Positions 6,400 through 15,448 of a stretch of 26,176 nucleotides of DNA are shown in pieces. Position 1 is the first letter of the stretch; each line of letters starts with the position of its first letter. The DNA lies in the IMG/VR virus record IMGVR_UViG_3300047545_000482, positions 1-26,176 of that record; one strand, 5' to 3'. The notes under the pieces were generated by a model, which did no database searches, was not told where the DNA came from, and saw nothing but the letters and a program-made list of their open reading frames with translations. A program made the position numbers and the translations under genes. Source of the stretch: a virus. Its lineage: Duplodnaviria; Caudoviricetes.

Positions 6400-7545
6400 T
6401 TAAGGAAAGTTTAACTTGTCGAGATGCAGTTTATGAGATTTCATAAATTTGTCAACTGCTTTCGCCGCATCTATCTCTCTTTTGAAGTAGCCAAGTCTTA
6501 TCGTCTTCCCCTTGGCGACCCTTTTCTGTGCGGTCCATAATCTATCCGTCTTCTTCTTGGTTACCCCATAATACTTCGAAGCCTTTACTGAGGTTGGACA
6601 ACTGTTCAAAAGATATGAGAATATACTTCGTTTTCGCCGAAGAGGGACATCCTTAGGAACATCTCGATACAAGTAGTCATAAATGATCTTCACTCGATTG
6701 GCAGCAGTCCCACCAAAGCATACCGTATACATTTCACAAGTCGCGTGTTTGTATAGCTTAGTCGGCCTAAACCCGAACTGTCGACAAAAGTGACTCATGC
6801 AATTTTTGGCGAATGAAGGGGCCGCTAATATCGAGAATTGCCAACAAATGCGTCCATTTGTTTTGCTATAGGTAATACATCCGTCCCCATCAAAGTAACC
6901 CAAGAGATAGCTATTAAGGTATTTTTTCGGCACCTGTTGACTAGTTGGAAAGGGGTAGACTAGACTCTTTCGGTCAAATATCCCCAACCTATTTACTTGT
7001 TTTGCTAAACGAATATCTTTAATGCCGAATCTATAGTAGCCCTTCTTACTTCTCGTGACCCTTTGACCTCCAGAAATGGCTTTTTTGAATTTATCCAAAT
7101 GTCCAAAATCTTTGGTACAAATAGACAGCCAATTCTTATGCAGATTACCGTCCGCTCCTATGAATCCCAACCAGTAGGCTTTTTCGTGCGAGTCAATACG
7201 AGAAAAGAACGTCTTATCGTAGGGTAGGTTATGGTAGGTGCCAGAACCTCGAATGGATAGTCCCGCACCCAAAATAATCTTGTCTATCCACTTCCGGCTA
7301 AATCCATGCTTGTCTTTTAGCTTGGCGACCGACAATCCTTTCTTATAATCTTTCAATATCGCTTTAGCCGACTTCTTGTAAATATCTCTAGAACGAATTC
7401 TAGGCACACCCATTTTCTTCGCCTTGGCAATAATAGTAAACATATTTCGCCTCGGTAGACGGGGAACGCAACCCCGAATCCCATATTTAGGAAAATACTT
7501 GCGAATGACATTCTGTTCTTTAGCCGTCCACTTATTTTGTATCAT
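6400..7545 (-). CDS. free-standing LAGLIDADG homing endonuclease with C-terminal AP2 domain
   Basis: AYWLGFIGADG and YLLGYFDGDG motifs; N-terminal HTH-like region; SKYYGVT...WTAQ...LGYFKREIDAAKAVD AP2 signature. Confidence 0.85.
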   Translation of the reverse strand: MIQNKWTAKEQNVIRKYFPKYGIRGCVPRLPRRNMFTIIAKAKKMGVPRIRSRDIYKKSAKAILKDYKKGLSVAKLKDKHGFSRKWIDKIILGAGLSIRGSGTYHNLPYDKTFFSRIDSHEKAYWLGFIGADGNLHKNWLSICTKDFGHLDKFKKAISGGQRVTRSKKGYYRFGIKDIRLAKQVNRLGIFDRKSLVYPFPTSQQVPKKYLNSYLLGYFDGDGCITYSKTNGRICWQFSILAAPSFAKNCMSHFCRQFGFRPTKLYKHATCEMYTVCFGGTAANRVKIIYDYLYRDVPKDVPLRRKRSIFSYLLNSCPTSVKASKYYGVTKKKTDRLWTAQKRVAKGKTIRLGYFKREIDAAKAVDKFMKSHKLHLDKLNFP

Positions 7546-10102
7546 TAGTCTTTTTTATTTGAACCGGAACCTGCTGGATGATCGCCTGATCACCGAATAC
7601 CAAACCCTCTCCATTGTAAGAGCCATGAAAAATTACAATATCATCGGTTTCGGGCAGTTTTCCGTTAAACTGTTCGCATATGTCTATTTTATTGCCATTT
7701 AACATGCCCTTTATCGTTCCTGACTCATCGGATAAAACGAATCTTATATAAGGTTTCTTGTTTTTTAGAGAAATAGCTTTCTTAAAGTCGTCGACAAAAG
7801 CGACAAACGATACCTTTTCTCCTTTGTTTAGTGCCGCTATGCTTCCAATAGGAATAAGACCTTCCACCTTCTTACTAAAAAGTCCATAAAGCGTTCCACT
7901 ATAAGAAAATCCGATTAAATGTCTTTCAAATAGGTAACTCGCTAGTTCTTCATGTTTAGCGTTTGCCTGATATTGAGCCCAAATACTCTTAATGTCTCGG
8001 CGATAGGTCTCCATGCGAGACGGCTTAATATAGGGCTTACCTTTTTCGTCTACCTTGGATTGGATACCTTTAAGGAGTTCAATAAGGTCGTAATTATATT
8101 CGGCGGCGAATAGGGGAATGATGTTATCTCGTTCTCTCTGAGTGAGTTCGTTAAACATGGCTGATTCGACGGCGAGTTTTGTTCGAGGGGTCTTATCGAT
8201 GTTGACGCAGCCACTCATTATCAAACTTTGAAGTACCCCAATGGTCAATCCCGCTTCTTTAGCACCAGAGAAGAGAGCGAACTTGTCGGGAAAGTCTCGC
8301 TTGAAGGATACGAGTTTAGACATTGTTGTGTCAGAGATACCGCGAATGTGGGATAGCCCAAAGCGAACGCCATCGGGCTCAATCGTAAAGTCGGCCTCTG
8401 ATTTCGTAATGTCAGGAGGGAGTACATTAATGCCCATCTGCTTAGACTCCTTAATGATATTGTTGAGCACTGTTTGGGAGTCGGGCTCATGGCGCGAAAG
8501 AGTTAGAAGGGCGAAGATGAACTCACGAGGATGATTGGCCTTCACATAGGTCGTTTGGGCAGTAAGATAGGCATATTCATAGGCGTGTGCCTTGACGAAA
8601 AGATAATCCGCCGACGCATTACATGTATCCCAGAAGTATTTAATAATGTCCTCGGGAACCCCATTGGCGCGGCCCTTCTCATAGAGAATAGGCTCAATCT
8701 TCTTCATCTCGTCCTTGAGCTTCTTGCCGACGTTGTATCTTACGGTATCAGCGGAAACTGGGTCCATTCCAAACATCTTTTGGCAGACTTCCGTAATCGT
8801 CTCTTGGAATAGAATAACCCCACCGGTCGGACGAAGAATCTCATCAAGAACAGGGTGAATAGACTTGAATATCCCCTTTTGCACATAATCTTCGAGCTGT
8901 CCCATGTGTTTCAAACTTCCGGGTCGACTAATCGCGAGGCAACTAGCCAACTCGTCGATATTGCGAGGAATAATCTTTCGTACTCCTTCCTTGGTGAGGC
9001 CCGATTCAATCTGAAACAAGCCGCCATAAAGGTCGGTCTTGGCATAGTATTCGTAGATAGAGGGGTGGTTGACGTCAATGTCATTGGGCTTAATTCCCAC
9101 CTTGTCACAAGCAATTTGCAGGGCGTCAAGCGTACGAATACCGAGCGCGTCATATTTCACTCCTTGGGTGGCCGAAACCTGCATGTCGTTCGATGTAACA
9201 ACCTCCTTATTCTTCGACATCTCTACTGGAACATTGCCATCAAGCGGCGCATAGGAAATGAATACGCCGCTCGGATGCTGTCCGCGAGCCACGTTCAAAT
9301 TTTCTAGTTGACGGGCGATGTCGAAAGCTCTTTTGTTCTCTGGTTTCTCTGCTACCCAAGCAGCCAAGTCCTTATTCTTTTCAATGGCTTTAGATAAGCT
9401 GTCCACGGTCCCGAATTGAGATTCAACCATATCGCTAATGTGTTTGGCGGATGAATCATCATATTCTAGGTATGTCTTGATTGCGTCCTTTAGTGCCATT
9501 TTACCAGTGAGTTGGAGACGAGTAGAAATCTTACACGTATGCCCCGGATACTTCTCATCAATGTATCGAATGACCTCCGGGCGACGCAGATATTGGAAAT
9601 CTGTATCAACGTCCGGGGCCGATTTTCCATCGACATAAACCACACCGTCAATAATCTTGGGCTTCAAACGCGCCTGACTTAGGAAACGAGAGAAATGGAG
9701 CCCATGCTCTAAAGCATTGATGTCGATGATATTAAGAAAGTGCAGGGAAAGCGCGCCGCCTGAAGAGCCACGGCCTCGGCCCCGCAAGATACCTTGTTCA
9801 TCACACCATTTTGCGATATCCCATAAGAGAAGAAAGTAATCGACAGTTCCTGTTTCAGCAAAGACGGAGACCTCCATACGAAGACGGTCTTTAACCACCT
9901 CTTCCGAAAATCCCTTAAACTGACCAGAGGCGAGTTTCGTCTTATACCCGGCCCAGATAAGGGTCTTCAAGTAGTTGAGATTCGAAGCCCCGGATTTTAG
10001 TCCGACTTTGGCCTTATCCTCAGCGGTTATCTTGATCTCAGGAAAGCGAACGAGACCGAGCAGGGGAAATGAATAGGGGGTGAATTGAGAGTAAAATGTC
10101 AT
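7532..10102 (-). CDS. dnaE: DNA polymerase III alpha (DnaE) core lacking the PHP domain
   Basis: GRGS, PDVDTDF (catalytic Asp), HPSGV, KYDALG, GLFQ, RPG, FQE, F.KAHA..Y, PPDI..S, RFGL..I.GI motifs; C-terminal OB fold. Confidence 0.95.
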   Translation of the reverse strand: MTFYSQFTPYSFPLLGLVRFPEIKITAEDKAKVGLKSGASNLNYLKTLIWAGYKTKLASGQFKGFSEEVVKDRLRMEVSVFAETGTVDYFLLLWDIAKWCDEQGILRGRGRGSSGGALSLHFLNIIDINALEHGLHFSRFLSQARLKPKIIDGVVYVDGKSAPDVDTDFQYLRRPEVIRYIDEKYPGHTCKISTRLQLTGKMALKDAIKTYLEYDDSSAKHISDMVESQFGTVDSLSKAIEKNKDLAAWVAEKPENKRAFDIARQLENLNVARGQHPSGVFISYAPLDGNVPVEMSKNKEVVTSNDMQVSATQGVKYDALGIRTLDALQIACDKVGIKPNDIDVNHPSIYEYYAKTDLYGGLFQIESGLTKEGVRKIIPRNIDELASCLAISRPGSLKHMGQLEDYVQKGIFKSIHPVLDEILRPTGGVILFQETITEVCQKMFGMDPVSADTVRYNVGKKLKDEMKKIEPILYEKGRANGVPEDIIKYFWDTCNASADYLFVKAHAYEYAYLTAQTTYVKANHPREFIFALLTLSRHEPDSQTVLNNIIKESKQMGINVLPPDITKSEADFTIEPDGVRFGLSHIRGISDTTMSKLVSFKRDFPDKFALFSGAKEAGLTIGVLQSLIMSGCVNIDKTPRTKLAVESAMFNELTQRERDNIIPLFAAEYNYDLIELLKGIQSKVDEKGKPYIKPSRMETYRRDIKSIWAQYQANAKHEELASYLFERHLIGFSYSGTLYGLFSKKVEGLIPIGSIAALNKGEKVSFVAFVDDFKKAISLKNKKPYIRFVLSDESGTIKGMLNGNKIDICEQFNGKLPETDDIVIFHGSYNGEGLVFGDQAIIQQVPVQIKKTNDTK

Positions 10103-11109
10103 AGGGTATTCAACTTGGCCTTAGATCCATGTAGCTTAACTGCTAATTGGTTATACTCGCGAGCAGCTTGGGTGGGATCGTCGAAAAACGAAACGTGCAA
10201 CAACTTATTGTGTCCAATCTGCATCTTCCATCGTTTTGCCTGTTTGTCCCAAAATACGCCCTTATATGGAGATGTTTTCCGTAAAACTATTTTACTTTTG
10301 TGAGCCAGATATTGTTGGTATTTATTTAATTTTCGTAATAGTCCAAACGACTCTCCAGAATAAATGTAGTCGCAAAAACGACGAATCGGAGTCTCCGACT
10401 CAAGACACACTCGCGATGAACACCCTTTTGAAGTAATAGAAGTCCGACGCACATAACATATACCCAAAGAATGAAACAATTCAGCGGCAAACGTCCAATC
10501 TTGATTGATATGACTTGTAATAGATATCGCCCCTTTATTGTCTTTTTTGCCCAAATAAAAGCATCCGTCTCCGTCAAAATACCCTCGCCACCAGTAGTGT
10601 TTTAAGTGCTCAGGAATTAGATTCAAGATTTTGATTGGAGCGGACCTTGATTTTATATGAAAGTCATGTTCAATCAGGTGTTGTTTCAATGCATGGCTCG
10701 ACATATTATACTGCGTATACTTTTTATGGGCATATTCCCCATAACCGTTAAATGACCAAGAATACCAACTACTCGCTGTCGAATGAATCAATTGCTTAAG
10801 AGATTTTCCATCAGATGCCTTCAATAACAAGGTAATGACGTTTCCCTTCGTAGAAATATGGCCATCTGCCCACAATAGTCCCAAAAGATAGGCTATTTTT
10901 GGATTGTTTACGCTTTTGAATGCTGACATATCTTCGGTATTACGTGGACGATTTTTATTAACGAGGCCAAGATTCCGAGCCGTGGACTGCACTGACTTAA
11001 GTCCATGTCTCTCTATTATATCGGTTAAACCGACAATACCAAATTGATGGTAAGTAGCTTTCAGCCGAGAAACTTCTTCGTGCGTATATGGAATTCGTTT
11101 CGACGTCAT
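10099..11109 (-). CDS. free-standing LAGLIDADG homing endonuclease with C-terminal AP2 domain
   Basis: AYLLGLLWADG and WWRGYFDGDG; SPYKGVFWDK...W...AAREYN...LHGSKAKLN AP2 signature. Confidence 0.85.
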   Translation of the reverse strand: MTSKRIPYTHEEVSRLKATYHQFGIVGLTDIIERHGLKSVQSTARNLGLVNKNRPRNTEDMSAFKSVNNPKIAYLLGLLWADGHISTKGNVITLLLKASDGKSLKQLIHSTASSWYSWSFNGYGEYAHKKYTQYNMSSHALKQHLIEHDFHIKSRSAPIKILNLIPEHLKHYWWRGYFDGDGCFYLGKKDNKGAISITSHINQDWTFAAELFHSLGICYVRRTSITSKGCSSRVCLESETPIRRFCDYIYSGESFGLLRKLNKYQQYLAHKSKIVLRKTSPYKGVFWDKQAKRWKMQIGHNKLLHVSFFDDPTQAAREYNQLAVKLHGSKAKLNTL

Positions 11110-11110
11110 A

Positions 11111-11743
11111 TTACACCTCTATACGCCATTTAAGTTGCTCCCAAATAAGTCTAGTCCTTTCGATGTCGTAAAGTGCTGCATGTGCTTGATACTCATCATA
11201 TTCGATACCTAATTCCCGACAGGCGTAACCCATATTACTCTTCAACCCCTTTTCGCGCCAATTTTGAACGCAGTTCTGCCAACGACGGTAGTCCTTCAAG
11301 TCGGGTTTCCACCCTTTTTTCATAGCCTTAAATAGACAATGGGTGTCAACCATCCGATCCATCCAGCTAAAATCCGGCTCCTTACCCACACCACGCCGCC
11401 AACTCGCATGCATATAAGCGTCGAAATAGAAGTTGTGGCCAATAATGAGTGTAGACGAATCAAAGAGTCTGTCTTCGTAGCGAGCAAGGACTTGGTCTGC
11501 GGGCATTGCTTTCTCCTTATATGCCTTATAGTCAAATCTCGTCTTTGCGGCGGCTCCTGCGCTAATATGAAGATCGGGCCACCAAATATACTCAACAACG
11601 CTTTCGTAGACGTTATTAGCATCACAGACGGCGTAGGCCACCTCCCATGGGCGGTCGTAAAAAAGGTTCAAGCCCTCTGTTTCTTTATCCGCCACAGTAT
11701 AACGCTGATTTGGCGCATAACGTTTTAGCTCATTGCCGATCAT
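11111..11743 (-). CDS. DnaQ-like DEDDh 3'-5' exonuclease
   Basis: ExoI DKETEG, ExoII GHNFYFD, ExoIII HAALYD; start ATG 11743 overlaps the PHP gene stop (ATGA). Confidence 0.9.
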   Translation of the reverse strand: MIGNELKRYAPNQRYTVADKETEGLNLFYDRPWEVAYAVCDANNVYESVVEYIWWPDLHISAGAAAKTRFDYKAYKEKAMPADQVLARYEDRLFDSSTLIIGHNFYFDAYMHASWRRGVGKEPDFSWMDRMVDTHCLFKAMKKGWKPDLKDYRRWQNCVQNWREKGLKSNMGYACRELGIEYDEYQAHAALYDIERTRLIWEQLKWRIEV

Positions 11744-12540
11744 GGTGTTACTTCCTTTGTCAATCGCTTCCAATCCTCAAACGAAAAATGGTCACTGGCC
11801 AAATTGTCTACGTTCGGCTTACTGAACTCACCCTTGTTAAGGATCGCTCGATATACAACATAAGCCATAAAATCAGCTCGTTTCTCATAGTAAACGCTCT
11901 TTACCGGCTGAATCCTAGCCCCCGTATCCGCCGCGAATCGGTCAATAGTGACATCGATTAAGTCGGCAAACGGAAGGCCACTATCAATCTCCTTGAATAA
12001 AAAGACCTCATTTGTAGGGATGGGTAGTTCTGGAACTAATGAGACGAAAGTAAGTGTGTTTTCGGCCAAGAAAGATGATGCCCACGGAAGAGCCATACTC
12101 AGATTGTCCGTCCAAAATTCACGTATCATCTTCCAATCTAATCTGCCGTAGCCTGATTCGCGGGCGGGGGTATAAAAGCCATCAACCCAAGCTCTTGACC
12201 ATAGCCTCACTACATCGTTATATCCTTGCGTGTCCTTAACAAGGACAATGATACGACTCTCAAGCCGCTTACTCTGCTCGGTCTTATCATTTATATCAGG
12301 AACGACAACGAAACGAAGGCCGTAGACCAATTGAACCCCTATCTTAGAAAGATTTTTGTAAGCCTCAATAAACCCGTCGACGCGATCTTCAATCAACGTA
12401 ACCTGTTTAAGGCCATTGGCTTTCGCGATATCACACACCGATACCGCATTACCCGGCTCAGTCTTCCCCGCTTCCTCAAGCGTCAAAATCGACGAAAAGG
12501 AGTAGTGGGTCGTAAAACAAGGCAAGATGTCCTGAATCAT
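11740..12540 (-). CDS. stand-alone PHP domain of DnaE (metal ligands degenerate)
   Basis: THYS...AKANG, VYGLR, IVLVKDTQGYNDVVRL.SRAW.DGFY...RLD, SVYY...D..AY match the DnaE N-terminus; start ATG 12540 follows a promoter. Confidence 0.88.
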   Translation of the reverse strand: MIQDILPCFTTHYSFSSILTLEEAGKTEPGNAVSVCDIAKANGLKQVTLIEDRVDGFIEAYKNLSKIGVQLVYGLRFVVVPDINDKTEQSKRLESRIIVLVKDTQGYNDVVRLWSRAWVDGFYTPARESGYGRLDWKMIREFWTDNLSMALPWASSFLAENTLTFVSLVPELPIPTNEVFLFKEIDSGLPFADLIDVTIDRFAADTGARIQPVKSVYYEKRADFMAYVVYRAILNKGEFSKPNVDNLASDHFSFEDWKRLTKEVTP

Positions 12541-12546
12541 ACCAGA

Positions 12547-12575
12547 AGTATACCCTTTTACGGGCTCTTTGTCAA
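12547..12575 (-). promoter_or_regulatory. sigma70-type promoter (leaderless) for the polymerase genes
   Basis: TTGACA-17 nt-TATACT-6 nt-ATG. Confidence 0.8.
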
Positions 12576-12581
12576 GAATAT

Positions 12582-12839
12582 TCATGATTCATTACCCTTC
12601 TCCACCCACGGTCTCGCCAAGTCGCCGCTCAAACACCACCCCATCTTCCCATCCGCCCGCTTTTTACCTTTAACCACGCCAAGTTTTTGCAACCTCATAA
12701 CGCTAAAACCCGTGGCCGTCCAGATTTCGGACGATGAGGCATTGGGATTGGCCCTGAGATAATCCACTACCTTGCGCGAATTGAGGGTGCGCGTGCGGTG
12801 GGCTTTGTTGGCTGGAATAGTGGGGTCGAGAAGGCTCAT
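12582..12839 (-). CDS. small putative winged-helix DNA-binding protein
   Basis: VVDYLRANPNASSSEIWTATG...LQKLGVV resembles an HTH. Confidence 0.55.
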   Translation of the reverse strand: MSLLDPTIPANKAHRTRTLNSRKVVDYLRANPNASSSEIWTATGFSVMRLQKLGVVKGKKRADGKMGWCLSGDLARPWVEKGNES

Positions 12840-13264
12840 ATTGATTTAGGCAACGCCCCACCCAACCAAACAGGCGTAAGATAAGACCAGCCGCGCAAAT
12901 CAGAACCGTCCTGCTTGTAACGAATCTTGGCGGACGGATCTAGAACACATAACCCTTCATCGCGACTATAACGCACGAGAACTTGATGATTACCACCTCG
13001 ATTGTTAAGACTTGGAACTACCACCATATACCAACCCTCGTATACCATCGTCCCATTAGTCATTTGGTTCCATACTACGCCACATTCAGTAAGCGCGTGG
13101 CATAGATACTGCTGATTCATGGGTTCTGAACCATACAGCTCAATGACGTCGGCTACCGGCGTATTAATTACCATAGCTAGACATGTTTGCGCGCAGGTGC
13201 AGCTTGTTGGCTGGGTTTGTGGCGTAATGCCAAATATTTCGTTAGATTCCATGGGTAGGTTCAT
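12836..13264 (-). CDS. peptidase C39-like protein
   Basis: QPTSCTCAQTCLAM (Q...C), GNHQVL (H), VLDP (D) pattern. Confidence 0.7.
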   Translation of the reverse strand: MNLPMESNEIFGITPQTQPTSCTCAQTCLAMVINTPVADVIELYGSEPMNQQYLCHALTECGVVWNQMTNGTMVYEGWYMVVVPSLNNRGGNHQVLVRYSRDEGLCVLDPSAKIRYKQDGSDLRGWSYLTPVWLGGALPKSI

Positions 13265-13267
13265 GGG

Positions 13268-13471
13268 TTAACGGCTTAGTGCTTTTGCTTTCTCAATCAC
13301 CTTATCAATATCTCGCAGAATGCGAACTTCATCGTTGAAATCGATGCAGCTATCTTTTACAATAGCCCGCGCAATAAGGAGACCATCGACCGTCGCATTA
13401 TGAAGGCCATAGTCTTCGATATGATAAGAAAATGGAATAGGGAGTGGAGTGTAGGAGGGCATAAAAATCAA
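13268..13471 (-). CDS. hypothetical protein
   Basis: About 64-67 aa; fills the gap between coupled genes. Confidence 0.55.
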   Translation of the reverse strand: MIFMPSYTPLPIPFSYHIEDYGLHNATVDGLLIARAIVKDSCIDFNDEVRILRDIDKVIEKAKALSR

Positions 13472-13734
13472 GGGATAACGGAAACCTCATATCCATGGAG
13501 ATGAAAATCCCCAAGACCGCCGCTGTCGATTACCAAACGAGTCTGTCCGTCAAAGAGCGTAACTTGTGTACCATCGTGACACTCAATCATGTTTTCGGGG
13601 ACGCCCACGCAATCGAGGAATAGGTTCATGGCGAAAATATTATCTCCAGCCTGTCCATGATCTCTGATGGAGTAGCTACACGCACCATTCTCAAAGAGCT
13701 GACGCACACTATCCGGAATGTTGTATTCGGTCAT
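13468..13734 (-). CDS. hypothetical acidic protein
   Basis: Start ATG 13734 (MTEYNIP), 1 nt after the upstream stop; the rest of the track ORF overlaps the nucleotidyltransferase gene. Confidence 0.65.
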   Translation of the reverse strand: MTEYNIPDSVRQLFENGACSYSIRDHGQAGDNIFAMNLFLDCVGVPENMIECHDGTQVTLFDGQTRLVIDSGGLGDFHLHGYEVSVIP

Positions 13735-13735
13735 A

Positions 13736-14473
13736 TCAATCAACGTAAACCACGGCATTCGCATCCATTGCTCCTTGGAACTTCTGAATCTCTTCACAGA
13801 TCTTCGCCAAAGAGCCGGGGCAAGCGTAAAATCCTTTATGAGCGTACTTAATAATCCGGCGCAAAGTACTAGCTGGAAACTGGCACCGGTGCATGACAAT
13901 TCGTTTTCTCGACAGGTCAATCCACGCCATGGGGTTATACGTAATGCCCGTTTGCGTAACGGCGAATTGGCACAAAGTAAGATCAAATGTGTCGATAACG
14001 TGCTCCGCCGAATCATACCACACCATGCGCAGGAGCTGGAGGGCCGGGCGCGAAGGGTGCTCGAATACGAGGAAGCGCAAATCGCCTAGCTTATCGAGGT
14101 CCGGCATCTTGCCGCCCTTAATCGTATAGCCCGCATAGGCCCATGATCCGTTTTCCTTGTGGAAGGCGTCGCCCTTAGTTAAGAAAGCTATGGTATCGCG
14201 AAACGCGGCTTCAGACAGAAAGAACATGTCGATGTCCTTGGATTTATCTTCTTCCGTAATAACTGATGTTAAGAACCCGCCCGCGATAATCGCGCCGCCC
14301 GGCAGGAACTCGACAAGGTTGTTAAGCAAACGATTCTCAATGCCGCGATCTGAGAGGGTGGAAAGGGGCGCGTGAGCGTATTGCGTAGATGTTCGCGTCA
14401 TGAAGTGAGCAAAGCGCGCAGCGAACGGGGGCTGCGCGGGCGTATCAGGCGTAGAGTCGGGAATATTGTCCAT
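13736..14473 (-). CDS. Pol-beta-superfamily nucleotidyltransferase (CCA-adding/poly(A) polymerase head-like)
   Basis: IIAGGF...KDIDMFF, FDLTLCQ, RRIIKYAHKGF. Confidence 0.8.
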   Translation of the reverse strand: MDNIPDSTPDTPAQPPFAARFAHFMTRTSTQYAHAPLSTLSDRGIENRLLNNLVEFLPGGAIIAGGFLTSVITEEDKSKDIDMFFLSEAAFRDTIAFLTKGDAFHKENGSWAYAGYTIKGGKMPDLDKLGDLRFLVFEHPSRPALQLLRMVWYDSAEHVIDTFDLTLCQFAVTQTGITYNPMAWIDLSRKRIVMHRCQFPASTLRRIIKYAHKGFYACPGSLAKICEEIQKFQGAMDANAVVYVD

Positions 14474-14479
14474 GTTTCT

Positions 14480-14509
14480 ACTATCCCTACCTTGACCTCT
14501 TTTGTCAAG
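14480..14509 (-). promoter_or_regulatory. leaderless promoter with a dyad overlapping the -35 box
   Basis: TTGACA-17 nt-GATAGT-6 nt-ATG; CTTGAC-N7-GTCAAG inverted repeat. Confidence 0.6.
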
Positions 14510-14527
14510 AGAGAAAAGAAGACTGGG

Positions 14528-15448
14528 CTATGAATTGAACCTCGGGCACCCACCGTGTCGCGATTCTTCTGCATACTCATCGTCACCCGGCAATGGCGCG
14601 AATTCGGGCAGGTAGTTCTTGACAAGTTCCTTGGTGGCTTTCTTGCGGATGGAGATGTAGGTCTTGGGGCCGAAAAAGGAACACACGTTTCGGCAGAACC
14701 CCTCGTCCGTCATAAAATTGGATCGTGCCTCTTCTGGCCCAAAGTTATTGACTACCCCATACATGTACTCAAGGTAGCTTTCGAATCCTTCTAAGATCGC
14801 CGGGGTTGCGGGCGGGGTAATCTGGAGATGACGCGTTGGGCTCTTCTTGTTAGGCGGGAATCGTAACATTACGTAGCGAACCTCCGCCAACTCCTTGAAT
14901 ATGCGCCAAACCGCGAGTTGGTAAGTTAGCGACTGGAAGCTATTTAGCACGGCCTCCTCTGTGAATAACTTGCCTTGGCTCTTATAATCCCATATTACAG
15001 GACCGTCTTTATATCGAGCAAATCTATCAAAGAATCCTTTTACGACTCCTCCGTTCTTGAGATTGAGCCTGAACTCGTATTCGGGCTTGAATCGCTCGAT
15101 GGCCCCCTCGTCCAAGAAGTTGGTATGGTTAATAACTACCATGGCCATAGGATCAATATCGGCAATAATCGCATCGTTTACCTTGGTCTTATATTGCCAA
15201 GCGCGAACGAGGCGCATGATCGCGGGAGAGGCTTGAATGGTCCCGGCTTCCTTGATGGCGTCGTAGTGGTGGCGATACTTGTCCAGATAGAGAGATTCGA
15301 GGACTGAGTGTACGGTCGACCCAGCGTGCGTTTTGGGCCAGACCTTTTCAGGTAAGCCTAACACTTCACCCATGTAGAACTTCATGGTGCAGTCGTCAAT
15401 CGATTTAAGTCTACTTGCGCTTACGCGGCGTGGTTCGGGTGTGCTCAT
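14528..15448 (-). CDS. PD-(D/E)XK exonuclease, Cas4/AddB-like
   Basis: SASRL....C, GSTVHSVLE, GFFDR, WDYKS, Q...Y; one N-terminal and three C-terminal Cys. Confidence 0.88.
   Translation of the reverse strand: MSTPEPRRVSASRLKSIDDCTMKFYMGEVLGLPEKVWPKTHAGSTVHSVLESLYLDKYRHHYDAIKEAGTIQASPAIMRLVRAWQYKTKVNDAIIADIDPMAMVVINHTNFLDEGAIERFKPEYEFRLNLKNGGVVKGFFDRFARYKDGPVIWDYKSQGKLFTEEAVLNSFQSLTYQLAVWRIFKELAEVRYVMLRFPPNKKSPTRHLQITPPATPAILEGFESYLEYMYGVVNNFGPEEARSNFMTDEGFCRNVCSFFGPKTYISIRKKATKELVKNYLPEFAPLPGDDEYAEESRHGGCPRFNS

Noticed and set aside
10099-11111. Group I intron or intein joining the exonuclease to DnaE
   Set aside because: The endonuclease ORF abuts both neighbours, leaving no space for a ribozyme core; no Cys...His-Asn intein ends
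14528-15448. CRISPR-Cas system suggested by the Cas4-like nuclease
   Set aside because: No repeat-spacer array or other cas genes; stand-alone Cas4-like nucleases are common in phage replication modules
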